Shown: positions 37,360 through 50,624, counted from the whole stretch's first letter. The stretch: 63,740 nucleotides of DNA, filler included, from Octopus bimaculoides (GCF_001194135.2; 11 parts of 11 records of this genome joined end to end with filler, not necessarily neighbours in it), one strand, 5' to 3'. Notes: generated by a model not told the origin, from the sequence alone. Numbers and translations are program-made.

Positions 37360-37475
37360 AGAGAGAGAGTGAGAGAAAGGAGAGAGTGAGAGAAAGAAGA
37401 GAGAGAAAGAAGAGAGAGAAAGGAGAGAGTGAGAGAAAGAAGAGAGAGAAAGGAGAGAGAGAGAGACTATGGCGA
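37293..37475. repeat. (GA)n/purine-rich microsatellite
   Basis: Direct inspection. Confidence 0.95.
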
Positions 37476-40400
37476 GAGAGATAGATATGCGAATTGAAGT
37501 CTTTAGACTATATAGATGCTTACTTTAGTGTGCATATTTTGAGACTATTGGAATGACTTTATGAGGGTGGGTGGCTTGCTGTCTTCAAACTACGAGAGTT
37601 GTTTACATACTTTGCATGCATGACGTGTTTGTTCTGCGTTAATTAGCTTATTGTTGAGGAAAGAAAAAAATCGAATGTAATTTGAATTGTATGTAATATA
37701 GATTTTTTTTTCTGCAAAGGAGGTATAAAAACATATTCATATGCTTTCGCGCTAATTTTATTGTTTAGAGAAACATCATAGCTATGAAGTTTTGGAAACG
37801 CAGTTTCTTAAAAGATTGTTTAGATTGTTTGTGTCAATAAACCAAAAGAACTGGGTACTGTTTATGAGAGAGGAGTTTAAGACAAGGGTAACCTGCAGGA
37901 ATATCCGATACGATCCAAATAATAGTCTTGTAAGTGTTAGCTGTGTAAAACCATTAAAGTTTTATTAGTGGCGGTGCCGATTTACTAGTCTGTGTGGGAG
38001 TGTATGTCCCTGTGGTAGGTGTAAATATAGCAATTAGAAAACTCGAGTCCACGTGATGTTTTGTCTGGGATTGTGCAAGTATTTGTTTAAGAGCGGAACT
38101 ATGTAACACCAATCTACAAATTATGCATTACCAATAGTACAGATCATATTCGTTGCAAAGCGAGAAATTAATAAGCATAATATTATTCCATAATTACGCT
38201 GTCTACTAATTACATTGAAGACTAAGGCTGCGAGTTGAGAGAATTATTACCGCCCCTAGAATAATGCTTAGCGGCCCTTCTTTCGACTTTACGTTCTATG
38301 ATCAAATGCTGCCAACGTTTATTTTGCTTGCCATACGTTTGGGGTAGATAAAACATGTTCGATTTGAACATAAGGATCAATGTAATCGAATTATCCCCTA
38401 AACTGCTAGCCATGAGCCAACAACTGAAATAAACAATTACATCGAAGACTAAATATATATTTATTACATCTTTAAACGAAATGTTAATTTTTTTTATATG
38501 AATAACGTACCATACACCAATGTAAAACATAGAATGAAACCGATATAATCACGTTTTAATTGACATAAAGTTATGCATTGTATAACGTAATGCTACCTGT
38601 TTTCATTGGAATTGTCATTCTTTTAAACGGCTCTGCTCATATCAATCAACGAGTTCAAAGAAGTTTTGATCGTTCCGAATGTAAATCCTTTCTAGTATCT
38701 GTAGGAATTTTATATCCTTTTGTATAGACTTTAAGGCATATAAACCAATATTTATCATAATTTTACTAGTCGCACATAGAATGGCCATAGTCCATAAGGT
38801 AAATCTTATAAGACTATAGTAACATTGTATCACCATAGATATCATTACACTAAGTCTAACGTGAATGAGATGTCCTAAGATGAATAGAATTTCAAATGGG
38901 AGCCTCTCGTCTGCTTTTTATGACTGTAATATACTGTGGACGTATGTAATAATCCCTTCTCAAGTTTTTCCATGTTATAATGTGATTAGTATTAAGTTTA
39001 TTTAGGTCCACCTAGCAGTCTAAGAATCGTTCATTTCCTCGTTGAAAGAGGAAAACTCCTTGCCGTTAAATCTGCCAAAATTTGAGAACACCCTGTGGTT
39101 TTCCAAATATAAATGTGCATGATATTTATACTTTCTTTTTCAGAAATATTTTGGTTGTAATTCAGTGGCAACGGTAAGCTACCGGTTTAGATGCGCGTTG
39201 TGCACTGCTTTCAATTATTGTTTCTTTCGCTGTCACGCGTTTGTTTACTCCAGAAGCTACGTTTAATGTGTTGTTGAGTATATTATTCGAACTTCATGTA
39301 ATCTTAAGCTGAAATCTTGAGTAATTTCGAACACATTATGCTAGAAAGGAATGTGGTGTGGTTATGGAGGTTATGCCAATGTTCATGCCTATTGGATTGA
39401 TCAAAGCTGATCAGGAGTTATAAAGCAATAAAGCAACGACGGAAACTTCAGCAAATTCGTTATAATATGGATATTTCTTATTATTTCAGTGTTGTATGAT
39501 AACGATTGGTTGAGTGAAGTCACTAATCCATTGTAGATATAAAAGAAGTATAAGTGATAGAGAGAGGGAGAGAGAGAGAGAGAGAGATAAATAGATAGAG
39601 TTTGGTAGAGAGAGAGAGAGAGAGAGAGTGAAAGAGTGAAAGAGATAGAGATTGATAGAGAGAGAGAGAAAGGGAAAGATCTATATATATATATAGAGAG
39701 AGGGAAATAGATATATATATAGAGAGAATGAAAGAGAGATGGAGTGGATGAGCTAGTAATGTATAAACTATTGGAAGTTTGACATTCAGATTTTTCGCTA
39801 AGAACGTAAAATAACAGTTTGTTTATGATGACATGTGTTCGTGTCTTAATCAAAGCCTTCAATAAAATAAAACATTTTTAAGTGTCACGCTTTAAACGAG
39901 CTTAACTATTGAACGAAATCGAAGAGATAATTGAATGTTTTTTAAGATAATGAATCATGTTAAAGAACCACACTTACAACGATTATAATTGCGTAAAGAA
40001 ATCAAGAGTTTAATCAAAATCTTTAATATAATGAAATGATGTTATAAAGAACTAAAATTTTCAGCATCCAAAATAGAAATAACACTAATAAAATACTGTC
40101 TTCCCACGTGCACCACTAGTCTAACGTAAATTTATTTTTACAATTTATCATTTTCTTGAATTGCCTCGTATTTTTCCTTTGAGTATTGCTAACACCTACA
40201 CAAAGGCATTTTCTTTATTTGAATAAATTGTGAATTATCTGTGTGTCATTCTGTACATTGTAACTAAACTTATCTATTTTCATTAATTGGCTCTTTTGAG
40301 GGATTTTTTTTTTGTCCATTTAATTTTTTAAACATTCAGTACTAGAGCTTTGGTATTTCGGTAGAAGCGATATGATGCACTCAAGTAGTACAACCTGAGT

Positions 40401-43400
40401 TAATATACACTTATATCAAGAAAGATTTAATTTAGTGATAGGTTTTAATTAACTGAGAGATATAACATTCACAACTAATAATTATCTTTCATACAAAAGT
40501 CTGAAAGATCACATATTTTCAAAATATATTATTTTTCTCCAATTGCAATTAAATATCTTATAATAATATATTTTAATATAGATAATATTCAGTAATGGTT
40601 AAGCAGAAGTAACATTCATATTGTTTGATGAAAGATTTAGTTTCGTCAAATATATTATGAAACTATTTTAATCTGTGTTGCTATTTGCAATTGTTTGTTG
40701 CATTCTGTCAAGGTTTTCAAATAGCATAAAACTTGAGAAAATCCAACAGACAATTAAGTTAAAGTTATTAAATGCTTAAAGGAACAGAGTATATTTGCAA
40801 GCTATTTTCAGATTTTGAGTATTTAAATTGATATAAGAAATTAAGATTCATATAAAGAAATGAAATATATTTTGGTCGAGAATAAAATCGAAAATTTATA
40901 TTAGTACATTAAAAATTGAATTCAAACAACGAAAATAACACACACATACAAATAATTGAAGCAAAGAAATTTGATGTGATTCACCCAATATATAGCTTCA
41001 ATGGGTAATGCTAGCATTTATTAATATCTCTGTGTTGAAGATTAACAAATATTTTATGTGATCATTCAGCCAACTCCAATCACTTCCTCTCGTAAAAAAT
41101 TGTTGTTCGTCAAATTTTGTACAGCTGGCTTCCTTATTGCTGCTTAGACAGATTCAGTTTCATTTCTTTGATTTGAACTATGTTACCGCCCGTAAAGGAA
41201 TAAGACTTAAATAAAATACTAAGGAAGCATACATTTAAAAAATGTGTGTTTCTGAAATGTAAATTGTTAAACTTGGTTCGTATTACTATGTAACGGTAAT
41301 GCCATGAACTGTCCACCTGTTTTTGAAACAGACAGAAACGTGTCATATATCCTAACGTGTCATATATCCTACACACTGTATTAGAATCCGTAATCCCACA
41401 AAAAAAAAACCGACAGGTAACTCTTGGATGCATTTGTCGGAGTCCACTACGTTTGGCATCTGTTCGGAGCAGGTCACCTTCTTCAGACACATTCGAGGCA
41501 TCATTTATAGTAACATATCAGATGTTATTTGCCGTTACAAATGATTTCGGTGAGCACCCAATTATCCCCAGAAGATACAAAAATATATTATGATAGCTGA
41601 TATCATACTAAATGGTATTTTGGTTGTATCATTTAAAGTGTTAGAAATCCAGCCTGGAAATACGAGTCTATGGGATCTTTTTTGCTTTCTATGTACTATA
41701 ATATAAATAAATTTACTGCAGGCATGCATCCTACAGGCCGGCGAAATTTGAATCACCCCTAAAGTTTATATTACTTAAGAGATGCATAACCTAATTTGTG
41801 TTTATACACACATACATACGCATACACATACACACACATACGCACACACATACACACATACGCGCACACACAACAAGAGTATTTCGTAGTATCTAAACTT
41901 GCACATGTACTTGTATATCTATTGTAATGTGTATGTGTATGTCGGTCATCATACGCACAAAGACACACACGCACGCTCACATATACACACACATATGCAG
42001 AGGCATATATACAGCCTAAACTCAGTCGGTGACGAATTGTAGTTTGACTGTCTAATACATAAGCATTTAGATCTTTCCCTTTTTTGGTAAATTAGAAAGT
42101 CAATATGCAACTATACAAAATTCCGTATTGCAAAGTCACTCGCTTGTATAGAACTCACTTGTATGGAACTATCTTAATGGAACTACAAAAATATGTAGCG
42201 GCTCTTCTCACGTTAAATTAGTGTACAGATCACTAATTTCATTAGTGGAAGTTTCATTTTTTTTCTATTTTCTTTGATTCTGCTTCGTGCTTCTATCAGT
42301 TAGTGTGTTATGATAAAATCAAACAGATTTCCAGACCTGCGTCATAAATTATAAATGATGATATAATGAAATTATTTCAAATAGGACACTCAACTAGAAG
42401 AGTGGAATTAAATAATATATATGCTTCTATTGGAATTAATTCGGTAATATTGAAAATCAGATGCTATGTGCAGCTAACTGTAAAAAAAGAAATCAAATAT
42501 TTTATTTTGATTATTTAGTCTTATTCGTGAGTCGATGAATTTTTAATGCAGACGAATGACAGACTAAAAATGTTAATGCATAAATGGTTATAATCGCTCA
42601 TATATCATTTGGCACACATATATTTGACGTCCTCTGTAATGCAAATCACCAGTTATCATATATTTCATATAAAATCATATTACGTATTTATACAATGAAA
42701 TATAAAAGAGGAGTTCAGGTCTTACTGATTGCACAGATTCGTATACCACAAATATTAAAGTACAAACAGAACGACAGTTGTTCATAGCTCGAAGGTGGCC
42801 ATCATTTTCACGAAGTGTAACAGTTGTGGATTTCCAATCCTAAATTTAAGCTTATAAAAAAAATCTAACTCATATATGCGTATGGGCCGATTCTTAAAGG
42901 TCAGCTAAGTACAATCGCATGTGTAACGAACCACGAAGAAAAAAATCAAAACTAGAAAAAAAGTAATATGCCAACCCCTTTAAATCGGTAACTACTTTAA
43001 CTGAACCAGAATCTCCATCCCTCTGCATCTACACATTGAAAGTAGTTTGCCAACGTTTCTTCAATAACAACATACGTCGATAAACACAGTGGCAACTACT
43101 GACTTCAGGTCATGACAGATTAAGAGGATTTGAATTTACGGAGATAATATTTACATATCGTCTGATGAAACACAACTAGATCTCATAATGCAGTGAAACG
43201 TTTGCATAATCCAGTACCTGCAGTCATAGAGAAATACGTTGCGAAGAAACAATTGTAGTGATTGAAAATAACTGTGCAACTATACGCCTTGTTGACTCCA
43301 AATTCTTTAGATTATATGTGCGTGTGTGTGCGCATGTGTGTGTATGTATTAAAGTAATTCATAAACATTACAAGGAAACAGTGTACAGTTTCTCACGAGT

Positions 43401-43509
43401 GAGCCAAAATTTATTTTAAAAAAGCTTCGGTAATCCTTCAGGTTAATGTTAAATTGTTTTCATATGATACTTGAAATAAAAGCAAAAATTTAAATAAAGG
43501 TTTGTGTTA

Positions 43510-43690
43510 CGTAGCGAGTTGGCAGAATCGTTAGCGCGCCAGCGAGGTTTCTTATCAGGCATTTCGTCCGTCATTACGCAGTGAGTACAAATCGCAATGG
43601 GATCGACTTCGTCTTTCATCCTTTTGGGGTCGGCACTGGGGACGACATAATCGACTCACCCTCTCCAATGATCTTGCTGTCTTTTGGCCT
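43510..43690 (+). mobile_element. Degenerate SINE A copy
   Basis: agcgagttggcagaatcgttagcg...gacttcgtctttcatccttttggggtcg. Confidence 0.7.
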
Positions 43691-43768
43691 AAATTCGATA
43701 CTAATATATATGTTTGTACGTGTGTATGTATCTGCATGTATGTTTCTAGATGTGTGTGTATATAAAAA

Positions 43769-43866
43769 AAATCAAAATAAGCAACACGGATTTCAAAGAT
43801 GATTGCAGTACGCACGTTTCATGCTACTCCAATCATCTTTGAAATCCGTGTTGCTTACTTTGATTT
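43769..43866. repeat. 98-nt near-perfect inverted repeat (hairpin)
   Basis: 37-bp arms 43769-43805 and 43830-43866 with one mismatch; further pairing inside the 24-nt spacer. Confidence 0.9.
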
Positions 43867-44924
43867 CTTGATCACCTAGTTTTTTGGAATGGTTTTTGTA
43901 TGATACCATACCATACTATACTATATTCTGGTGCCTAAACATAAGTGCCATATTCAATCTTGAATCTAAATCTAAACCTGTATATATATATATATATATA
44001 TGCATACATGCTACTTTGAACGAGTGCATAAAAAGCTTTTCCATACCTACTTGAATTGTGGATTTTCTACAGTTTCCTCATAACTTAAGCCTTCCTGTGA
44101 TTGAACATAGTCAACTTAACATATTGGTTTTTCTGAAATTATCTTTAATGCAGATCTGCCAGTAAGTTTCTTCGATTAAGCTTAACTGCATGAAACCTTC
44201 CAGTTTGAGATAATAGCGTCTTTACATCGTCATCGAATCACACATTTCGCCTGAAATGCTAAAGTTTCTGCCAGCTCGCCGCCTTAAAAACGCGGGTATA
44301 TTAGATGTTTATGCTTAACACTATGCCAATGTTGATCAAACTGAAGCATGATCGGAACACTTTGAAGAAGCTATTCCTATACTGATTATATTATCGATAT
44401 GTTCTATTTCTTTAAGACAGTAGCTGATTATAGGGGCATTTTAACAGAGTATGACTCTTTGTGGGTAATGTTGAAACTACAATGATTACAATTTGATGAC
44501 ATGTATAAGAAGTTTGAGTGAGACGCCGTTGTAGGTTGGATCGTATGTTACTTAAGTATTAAATTTTTCATCAAGTGCATTTGCTTCTCGAATAAAATTG
44601 TATGTAATACACCGTGACTAAAAGAAATCATCTACGTAATCACTAAATCTGCTAGACATAGAAGGTAAATTCTATCAGGGCATATAAGGTCTTTTTTTTT
44701 TCTGAAAGCAGACGATTATGCTGAGCGTACATATAACATGATACGGCTTTTATGTCTTTGGATATATGGGTACACAGTCATAGATGAAAAAGAACCAAGA
44801 ACTAAAAACAAGAAAACAGTGATAGATTAGACGCAACCACACCCGTTAACCTTCAGTTGAAAATAATGGTTTATTTATTAGTATGAAGAAAGTCAAATAC
44901 CGAAATTAGCAGTATTAAATATTC

Positions 44925-45352
44925 TTTTCTATTCTACGAACAAAGACCGAAAGTTTGGAGGAGGAGGCCAGTCGATTAGATCGACCCCAGTACGCAACTG
45001 GTACTTTATCGACCCCGATAAAGGATGAAAGGCAAAGTCAATCTTGGTGGAATTTGAACTAAGAGCGTAAAGACAGAAGAAATATCGCTATGCAATTCCC
45101 CCGGCGTGCTGATATTTTTTATTTCTTTATTGCTCACAAGGGGCTAAACACAGAGGGGAGAAACAAGGACAGACAAAGAGATTAATTCGATTACATCGAC
45201 CCCAGTGCGTAACTGGTACTTAATTAATCGATCCCGAAATGATGAAATGCAAAGTCGGCCTCGGCGGAATTTGAACTCAAAACGTAAAGACAGACGAAAC
45301 ACCGCTAAGCATTTCGCCCGGCGTGCTGATATTTCTGCCAGCTCGCCGCTTT
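44925..45352 (-). mobile_element. Two tandem SINE A copies from different subfamilies
   Basis: Two successive bodies, each ending in gaatttgaact; the second keeps the head tctgccagctcgcc. Confidence 0.85.
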
Positions 45353-46184
45353 AGCAGTGTTAAAATATTGTTTTAGAAAAGTTTCTACTTTACCTAAATT
45401 GAAAATGCTAGTGACCTCGTTGTCCGGGAAAACTTGTCCAAATTGCCCAAAACATTTGTCTAGCTTCAGATAAAATTATTATTGAAAGAGGTGCTAAATT
45501 AGTAGTAACTGAATGAACTAACATATTAATGCAACAAGTAGGAATGGAACCAAACATTAGAATTATTACTACAAATCATATAGTTGTTTTATTCACTTGC
45601 AACGAATCTTGCTACAACAAAACTTTGAACAAATAAAGCTGATACATATACTATTGATTTTAAATTATGGAATATATTATTTTGAAGAAAAATGAAAAAC
45701 AAATAAAGCAAAAATACAATATAGCGTAAAATTATATAAAATTACTGCAATGGCAGCAGTAATTGGATGCATATAATATAGTTTGTGTGAAGTAGCGTGA
45801 ATCAAATCAAGAATAAGAAAGAAAAAACTGTTAAAAATTGGTAACGAGATATATGAAAAAAGAATTTAAACTTACATTAACGAAATAACATTTGGAAGTC
45901 AACGAGAATAACATTGTGAAAAATATTTTACTATGAAATAAAAACAGTAGAATTAAAATAATGAATAACGTGCAATATAGAAACTTCAATTAGACGAAAG
46001 CATCATGTGATGCTATTCTCCCTGTGTTCAACATCTTTTTAGTATATGCAACATTAATGTATATCTCAAAAAGTATGCATACACATGCAGTATATTTCTC
46101 TCTCTCCCTCTCACTCTGTCAGCCTGTATGTATCTCTCTCTCTCTCTCTCTCTCTCTCGAAACACATACATATGCACTTATATA

Positions 46185-46225
<41 letters not shown>

Positions 46226-46669
46226 GCACTCACACAGAAACGTAGACACATGTATATAAGCATATATATATGTGTGTGCGTGTGTGTGTGTGTGTGTTGG
46301 GTGTGTGTGTGTGTGTGTGTATGTATTCACTTTTTCATGAATATATTTTATGCTTCATGAATCTGGATTATTAAAAATGAGTGTACTAAAGATAGAGTTT
46401 AAACATGTGTGCGCAACTGTAGTCAAGAAAACTTAAATACGATTTCTCAATGGTAGAATGTTAGACCATGGCTGCCTAAATAGAAATCCCTCGAAACGAA
46501 TAGGTGTGGTATGATATACTTTGGGTCTATGGCAAATTATGCAGATAGTAGCTAGAAGCATTGGTTTACGTTCTATGAAGCTAATTTATCATATCATACA
46601 TACATGTAGGCATATGTATATGCCTACATGCATATATATACACATACACTCGTATACATATGTGTATGC

Positions 46670-46717
<48 letters not shown>

Positions 46718-47162
46718 TGTACTCTTCTGTGATGGTAAGATCAAGAAAAACGAACTCCATTTGGTGAGTAAGAAATATTATTTAAAAGACACAATACATG
46801 ATTTCATGAGCTACAAATAATTTCATATGTTGAAAAATACATCAAACGTATTCTTCAGGCACAACATACATATCATAACAAACTAAAAATTCAATACAAG
46901 AAAAGAGGTGAAAACGTGGAATTTGTAAAAACGGAAAACGAAGAAAGGAAAACAAAAAAGGAAAAAAAAAACTAGATGTTTTCCTAGACCTGAAGTCCTC
47001 CTTGTATAATCCTTTCCAGAAGCCAAATGAGAAACTTGCATATATACATAAACAATCTGGTCAACCTCGTCTATTTTTTAAAAACTTGATAGCTAATATT
47101 AGTGACAAGGTGTCTAATCTCACTTCCTCTAAACAGTCGCTTCTAATAATAATCAGAATTAT

Positions 47163-47282
47163 AATAATCGAATGGATGAAAGGCAAAGTCAATCTCGACG
47201 GAATTTGAACTCAGAACGTAAAGACAGACGAAATACCGCTATGCCTTTCGCCCGACGTGCTAACATTTCTGCCAGCTCATCA
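47163..47282 (-). mobile_element. SINE A copy inserted in the PLE
   Basis: ggatgaaaggcaaagtcaatctcgacggaatttgaactcagaacgtaaagac. Confidence 0.85.
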
Positions 47283-47761
47283 TCTAATAACCCCAGTAAT
47301 ATCAATCAGAAAATAATAGCAGACCTAAATGTAGGACAAGGAAAATTATTTGGTTCCCCCCTTCCTTTTCCATTAATATAAAAACTAACATAGGTAAAAA
47401 ATTCTAACCTCTTCTAGACAGTAACTCACAGATCCATATAAATATTTAATAGTCGCCCTGTGAAATTATCATATAGCAGCTGCCACAATATCAAGTGTAT
47501 CATTACACGAGTTCGATACAAAGAGCCTAAATCTAGTTGTAATTTTTAGGACCTAGGCTCCTGTCCATTTGACCAATGGTGTATGATTAAATCTGTCATA
47601 TATAAAACAGAAGTTATTCCAACAGTAGATGACACTACAAGAGATAAGATGACCTATATTGGATTTTGTAAAGAAGAATGTCAAACACATAGACTCCATC
47701 CAACATAAGAACAAAAGCAAAGCTACTAAATTGACTAGCCACATACAGAGTTTAAAATATA

Positions 47762-47962
47762 ACGCAGAATCGTTAGCACGACAGGCGAAATGCTCAACAG
47801 TATTTCATCTGTCTTTATGCTCTGAGTTCAATATTCCGCCGAGGTCGATTCTGTGTTTCATTCTTTCAGGGTCGATACATTAAGTACCAGTTGCGTGGTG
47901 GGGTCGATCTAATTGACTGGCCCCCTCCCCAAAACTTTCGAGCCTTGTGCCAAGAGTAGCAA
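47762..47962 (+). mobile_element. SINE A copy inserted in the PLE
   Basis: gcagaatcgttagcacg...gagttcaatattccgccgaggtcg...ggggtcgatctaattgact. Confidence 0.85.
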
Positions 47963-48378
47963 ATGATGCTACATGTGATTAAGGGGGAATTAATGGAGAC
48001 ATCTACACCTTATGTTAATGAATCAAATAAATGCAAGCTATGTTTAGCTGAAAGAACACAGATCATTTTCAGATCTAAGATCCCTAACTCGTTATTAAAC
48101 TCTAGGTATGAAATATTTTGCAGTCATAAACATTTGTCTAATTACATTTTGAAGAAATGGCATATTCGGCCTATTCCTGATTAAGTTATTGAAATACTTC
48201 CAGCCTTAAATCTACAGTCTTAGGAGCTTTATTTTTTTACAGCTTGTACATTTTACATTTTATTGTTCGTTTCTTTTTTTTCGTTTTCTTTTTTCTAACC
48301 TTTCCCTTTTTCTATATGCTTCTTTTCAACTTTCGCGATTCTTCTCTGACTCAATTGTTAGTTCGTTATAATATGTGG

Positions 48379-48439
48379 TTTGTGCCTGATGAATATTTTC
48401 GAGATATTTCGCAATATAAGAAACTATTAGCAGCTCAGA
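48379..48439 (+). ncRNA. Decayed type I hammerhead-like motif in a PLE tail
   Basis: tttgtgc CTGATGA atatt...aatat aa GAAA ct att ag c a gctcaga. Confidence 0.45.
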
Positions 48440-48585
48440 AAACATGTATTGTGTCTATTAAGTAGAAATAATATATATATATATANNNNNNNNNNNNNNN
48501 NNNNNNNNNNNNNNNNNNNNNNNNNNNNNTTAATTAATTAANNNNNNNNNNNNNNNNNNNNNNNNNNNNNNNNNNNNNNNNNNNN

Positions 48586-48629
<44 letters not shown>

Positions 48630-49109
48630 CTACCCAGTTAATTCACCGTGTGACTATCATTTGAATTACGTAACCGTGATCTAATCTTGTAGTAGGTAGA
48701 AGATTTAATTAAACGTGTCCAGAACTCAAAGAATCACGTTAACATGACATAACCACATTGAGATACTTTAATCATGAACTCTAGATTTGACCGACAGCAC
48801 GATTTCTACGAAGAAGATGTGTCCTAAACTCTGCCACTGACATGTTCAAAGATAAAAACCGTACAAATTCCACATAATATTTAATCGGCAAACACTAAAA
48901 GAAAGCGCTTATTTTCAATTATGATTCACTACACTCAAAAATAATTCGCTCGAAAAGGAAACTTATGCTCTACGATATCACGTTGTTAGTAAGTAATCCC
49001 CACAAAAAAACAACAAAAAACAAAAACAAAAACAAAAAACAAAACAAAAGACCCAAAAAAGCAAAACTGACGAAAAGGAGTAAAGCGAAGCTATCAAACA
49101 CGACCAGTT

Positions 49110-49328
49110 ACTCTTTACTCTTTTACTTGTTTCAGCAATTCGACTGCGGCCATGCTGGAGCACCGCCTTTAGTCGAAGAAATCGACCCAGGACTTATTCT
49201 TTTTAAAGCCTAGTACTTATTCTATCGGTTTCTTTTGCCGAACCGCTATGTGACGGGGACGTAAACACACCAGCATCGGTTGTCAAGCGATGTTGGGGGA
49301 CAAATACAGACACACAAACATATACACA

Positions 49329-49359
<31 letters not shown>

Positions 49360-49481
49360 GTATATATACACATATATACATATATACGACGGGCTTCTTT
49401 CAGTTTCCGTCTACCAAATCTACTCAGAAGGCTTTGGTCGGCCCGAAGCTATAGTAGAAAACACTTGCCCAAGATGCCACG
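49110..49481 (-). mobile_element. SINE B copy lacking most of the tRNA head
   Basis: Colinear with about 30383-30735. Confidence 0.9.
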
Positions 49482-49606
49482 ACTTAGCCCGATTCCGAAA
49501 TTGCTGGCCTTGTGCCAAAATTTGAAGTTAATATCTTGTATTAAACAATGTTTAATGCAAAATATGTAGAGCCAATTAACTTTGTTTGATTAACAATCGA
49601 TTACAT

Positions 49607-49650
49607 TACAAAGATACGTTTCGTCGATTCTTCGACTCATCAGGTGTGTA
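49607..49650 (-). ncRNA. Hammerhead-like motif with perfect core and stem II
   Basis: Minus strand CTGATGA GTCGA agaa TCGAC GAAAC GTA; stem I only partly paired. Confidence 0.55.
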
Positions 49651-50461
49651 TAAAATCATAAACATGGGAAATTATGATAAACACAACTTTATATCGTTTC
49701 ATTACTCCATATGTTTCACCATCGTAGCTGTTTGAAATTGTATGCTTAACCACAACAGATCATCAAGAGAAAATTTTATTGCATTATGTCACAGCATAAT
49801 ACAGAAGTTGAGAATAACCTCGATGTTGAAACGTACGTAGGAACTAGTGATGTAAACTTGTGTTTAATGTAATTTCTCCCACATTTGCTCTGCACATCAT
49901 ATCATTAATACTATTAAGTACATTAGTAGCCAAACCACTATATCCGAATTAGACTGGATAACGATAATCTATGTGGAGATCTAACCCACCTGTAGCAGTC
50001 GTACATCTATCTATACACACAAGATATATTGCCAATACAAGTAATAATATCTTCCACTACGCCCTCTAAATGTCTTTACATTTTATCGCACGTCACCTAG
50101 TCTGTATTTTCTCAACTTAATAAACTGTCTTTTTCTTCCTCCATCTATCGCTGACTTCCTATAAATTCACTGCTGAATTCATTCTCTTATTTTTTTCATA
50201 TACACGACAACTTTTCTCCTCGTTTGCTTAATCCTACTTCATTCTCTCCCTCGTCTTAAATTCACGCATAGAACTCTCTGCTCTACATTATTCATTTATT
50301 ATATTGAATCTTTTATTTTACTTTTGAGCCATCTTGATTTCCTCTTCTCCCTTTCGCTCAAATATTAATGGCCATATGTATACATACGACAACACATATA
50401 GACACACAATCGTATCCACACATACACACATATGTAGGCATGTAGGTATATATATATATAT

Positions 50462-50624
50462 ATTGACCGTTATTATGATTGACCGTTGACTGAACACTAT
50501 TCAATTTTTTTTCTCCGTGTTTTTCTCCTTGTCTCCGTATTCTTTCTGTTGAAGAGCGTAGCTCGAAACGTCAAAGACTTTCCGTATTCCCGAGCGTCAT
50601 ACTAATATATACTTTTGTTATTTA
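50462..50624 (+). mobile_element. Short repeat resembling a PLE pseudo-LTR, with a hammerhead-like motif
   Basis: Shares gaagagcgta(g)gctcgaaacgt(c/t)aaagacttt...ttcccgagcgt...actaata with 61015-61135. Confidence 0.6.

Larger units (their letters stand above)
46970..48480 (+). mobile_element. Decayed Penelope-like element: RT thumb, GIY-YIG endonuclease and 3' tail; interrupted by two SINE A copies
   Basis: YNPFQKPNEKLAYIHKQS, PFSINIKTNIGKKF, IFNSRPVKLSYS, CPFDQWCMIKSVIY...TYIG, PYVNESNKCKLCLAER and LLNSRYEI. Confidence 0.85.

Noticed and set aside
41337-41370. 17-bp tandem duplication aacgtgtcatatatcct
   Set aside because: An ordinary slippage duplication with no further structure.
41400-41490. 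Minus-strand CTGAAGA...CAAACGTAG and a small ccgaca/tgtcgg hairpin
   Set aside because: GAAA core is broken and the helices are short; consistent with chance.
43155-43210. CTGATGA...GAAACGTT hammerhead-like spacing
   Set aside because: Neither stem I nor stem II can form convincingly.
49805-49845. TTGAGAA-t-AAC-ctcgat-GTT-GAAACGTA motif
   Set aside because: Only a 3-bp stem II and no stem I; too weak to count, though it may belong to the same repeat as the 49607 motif.
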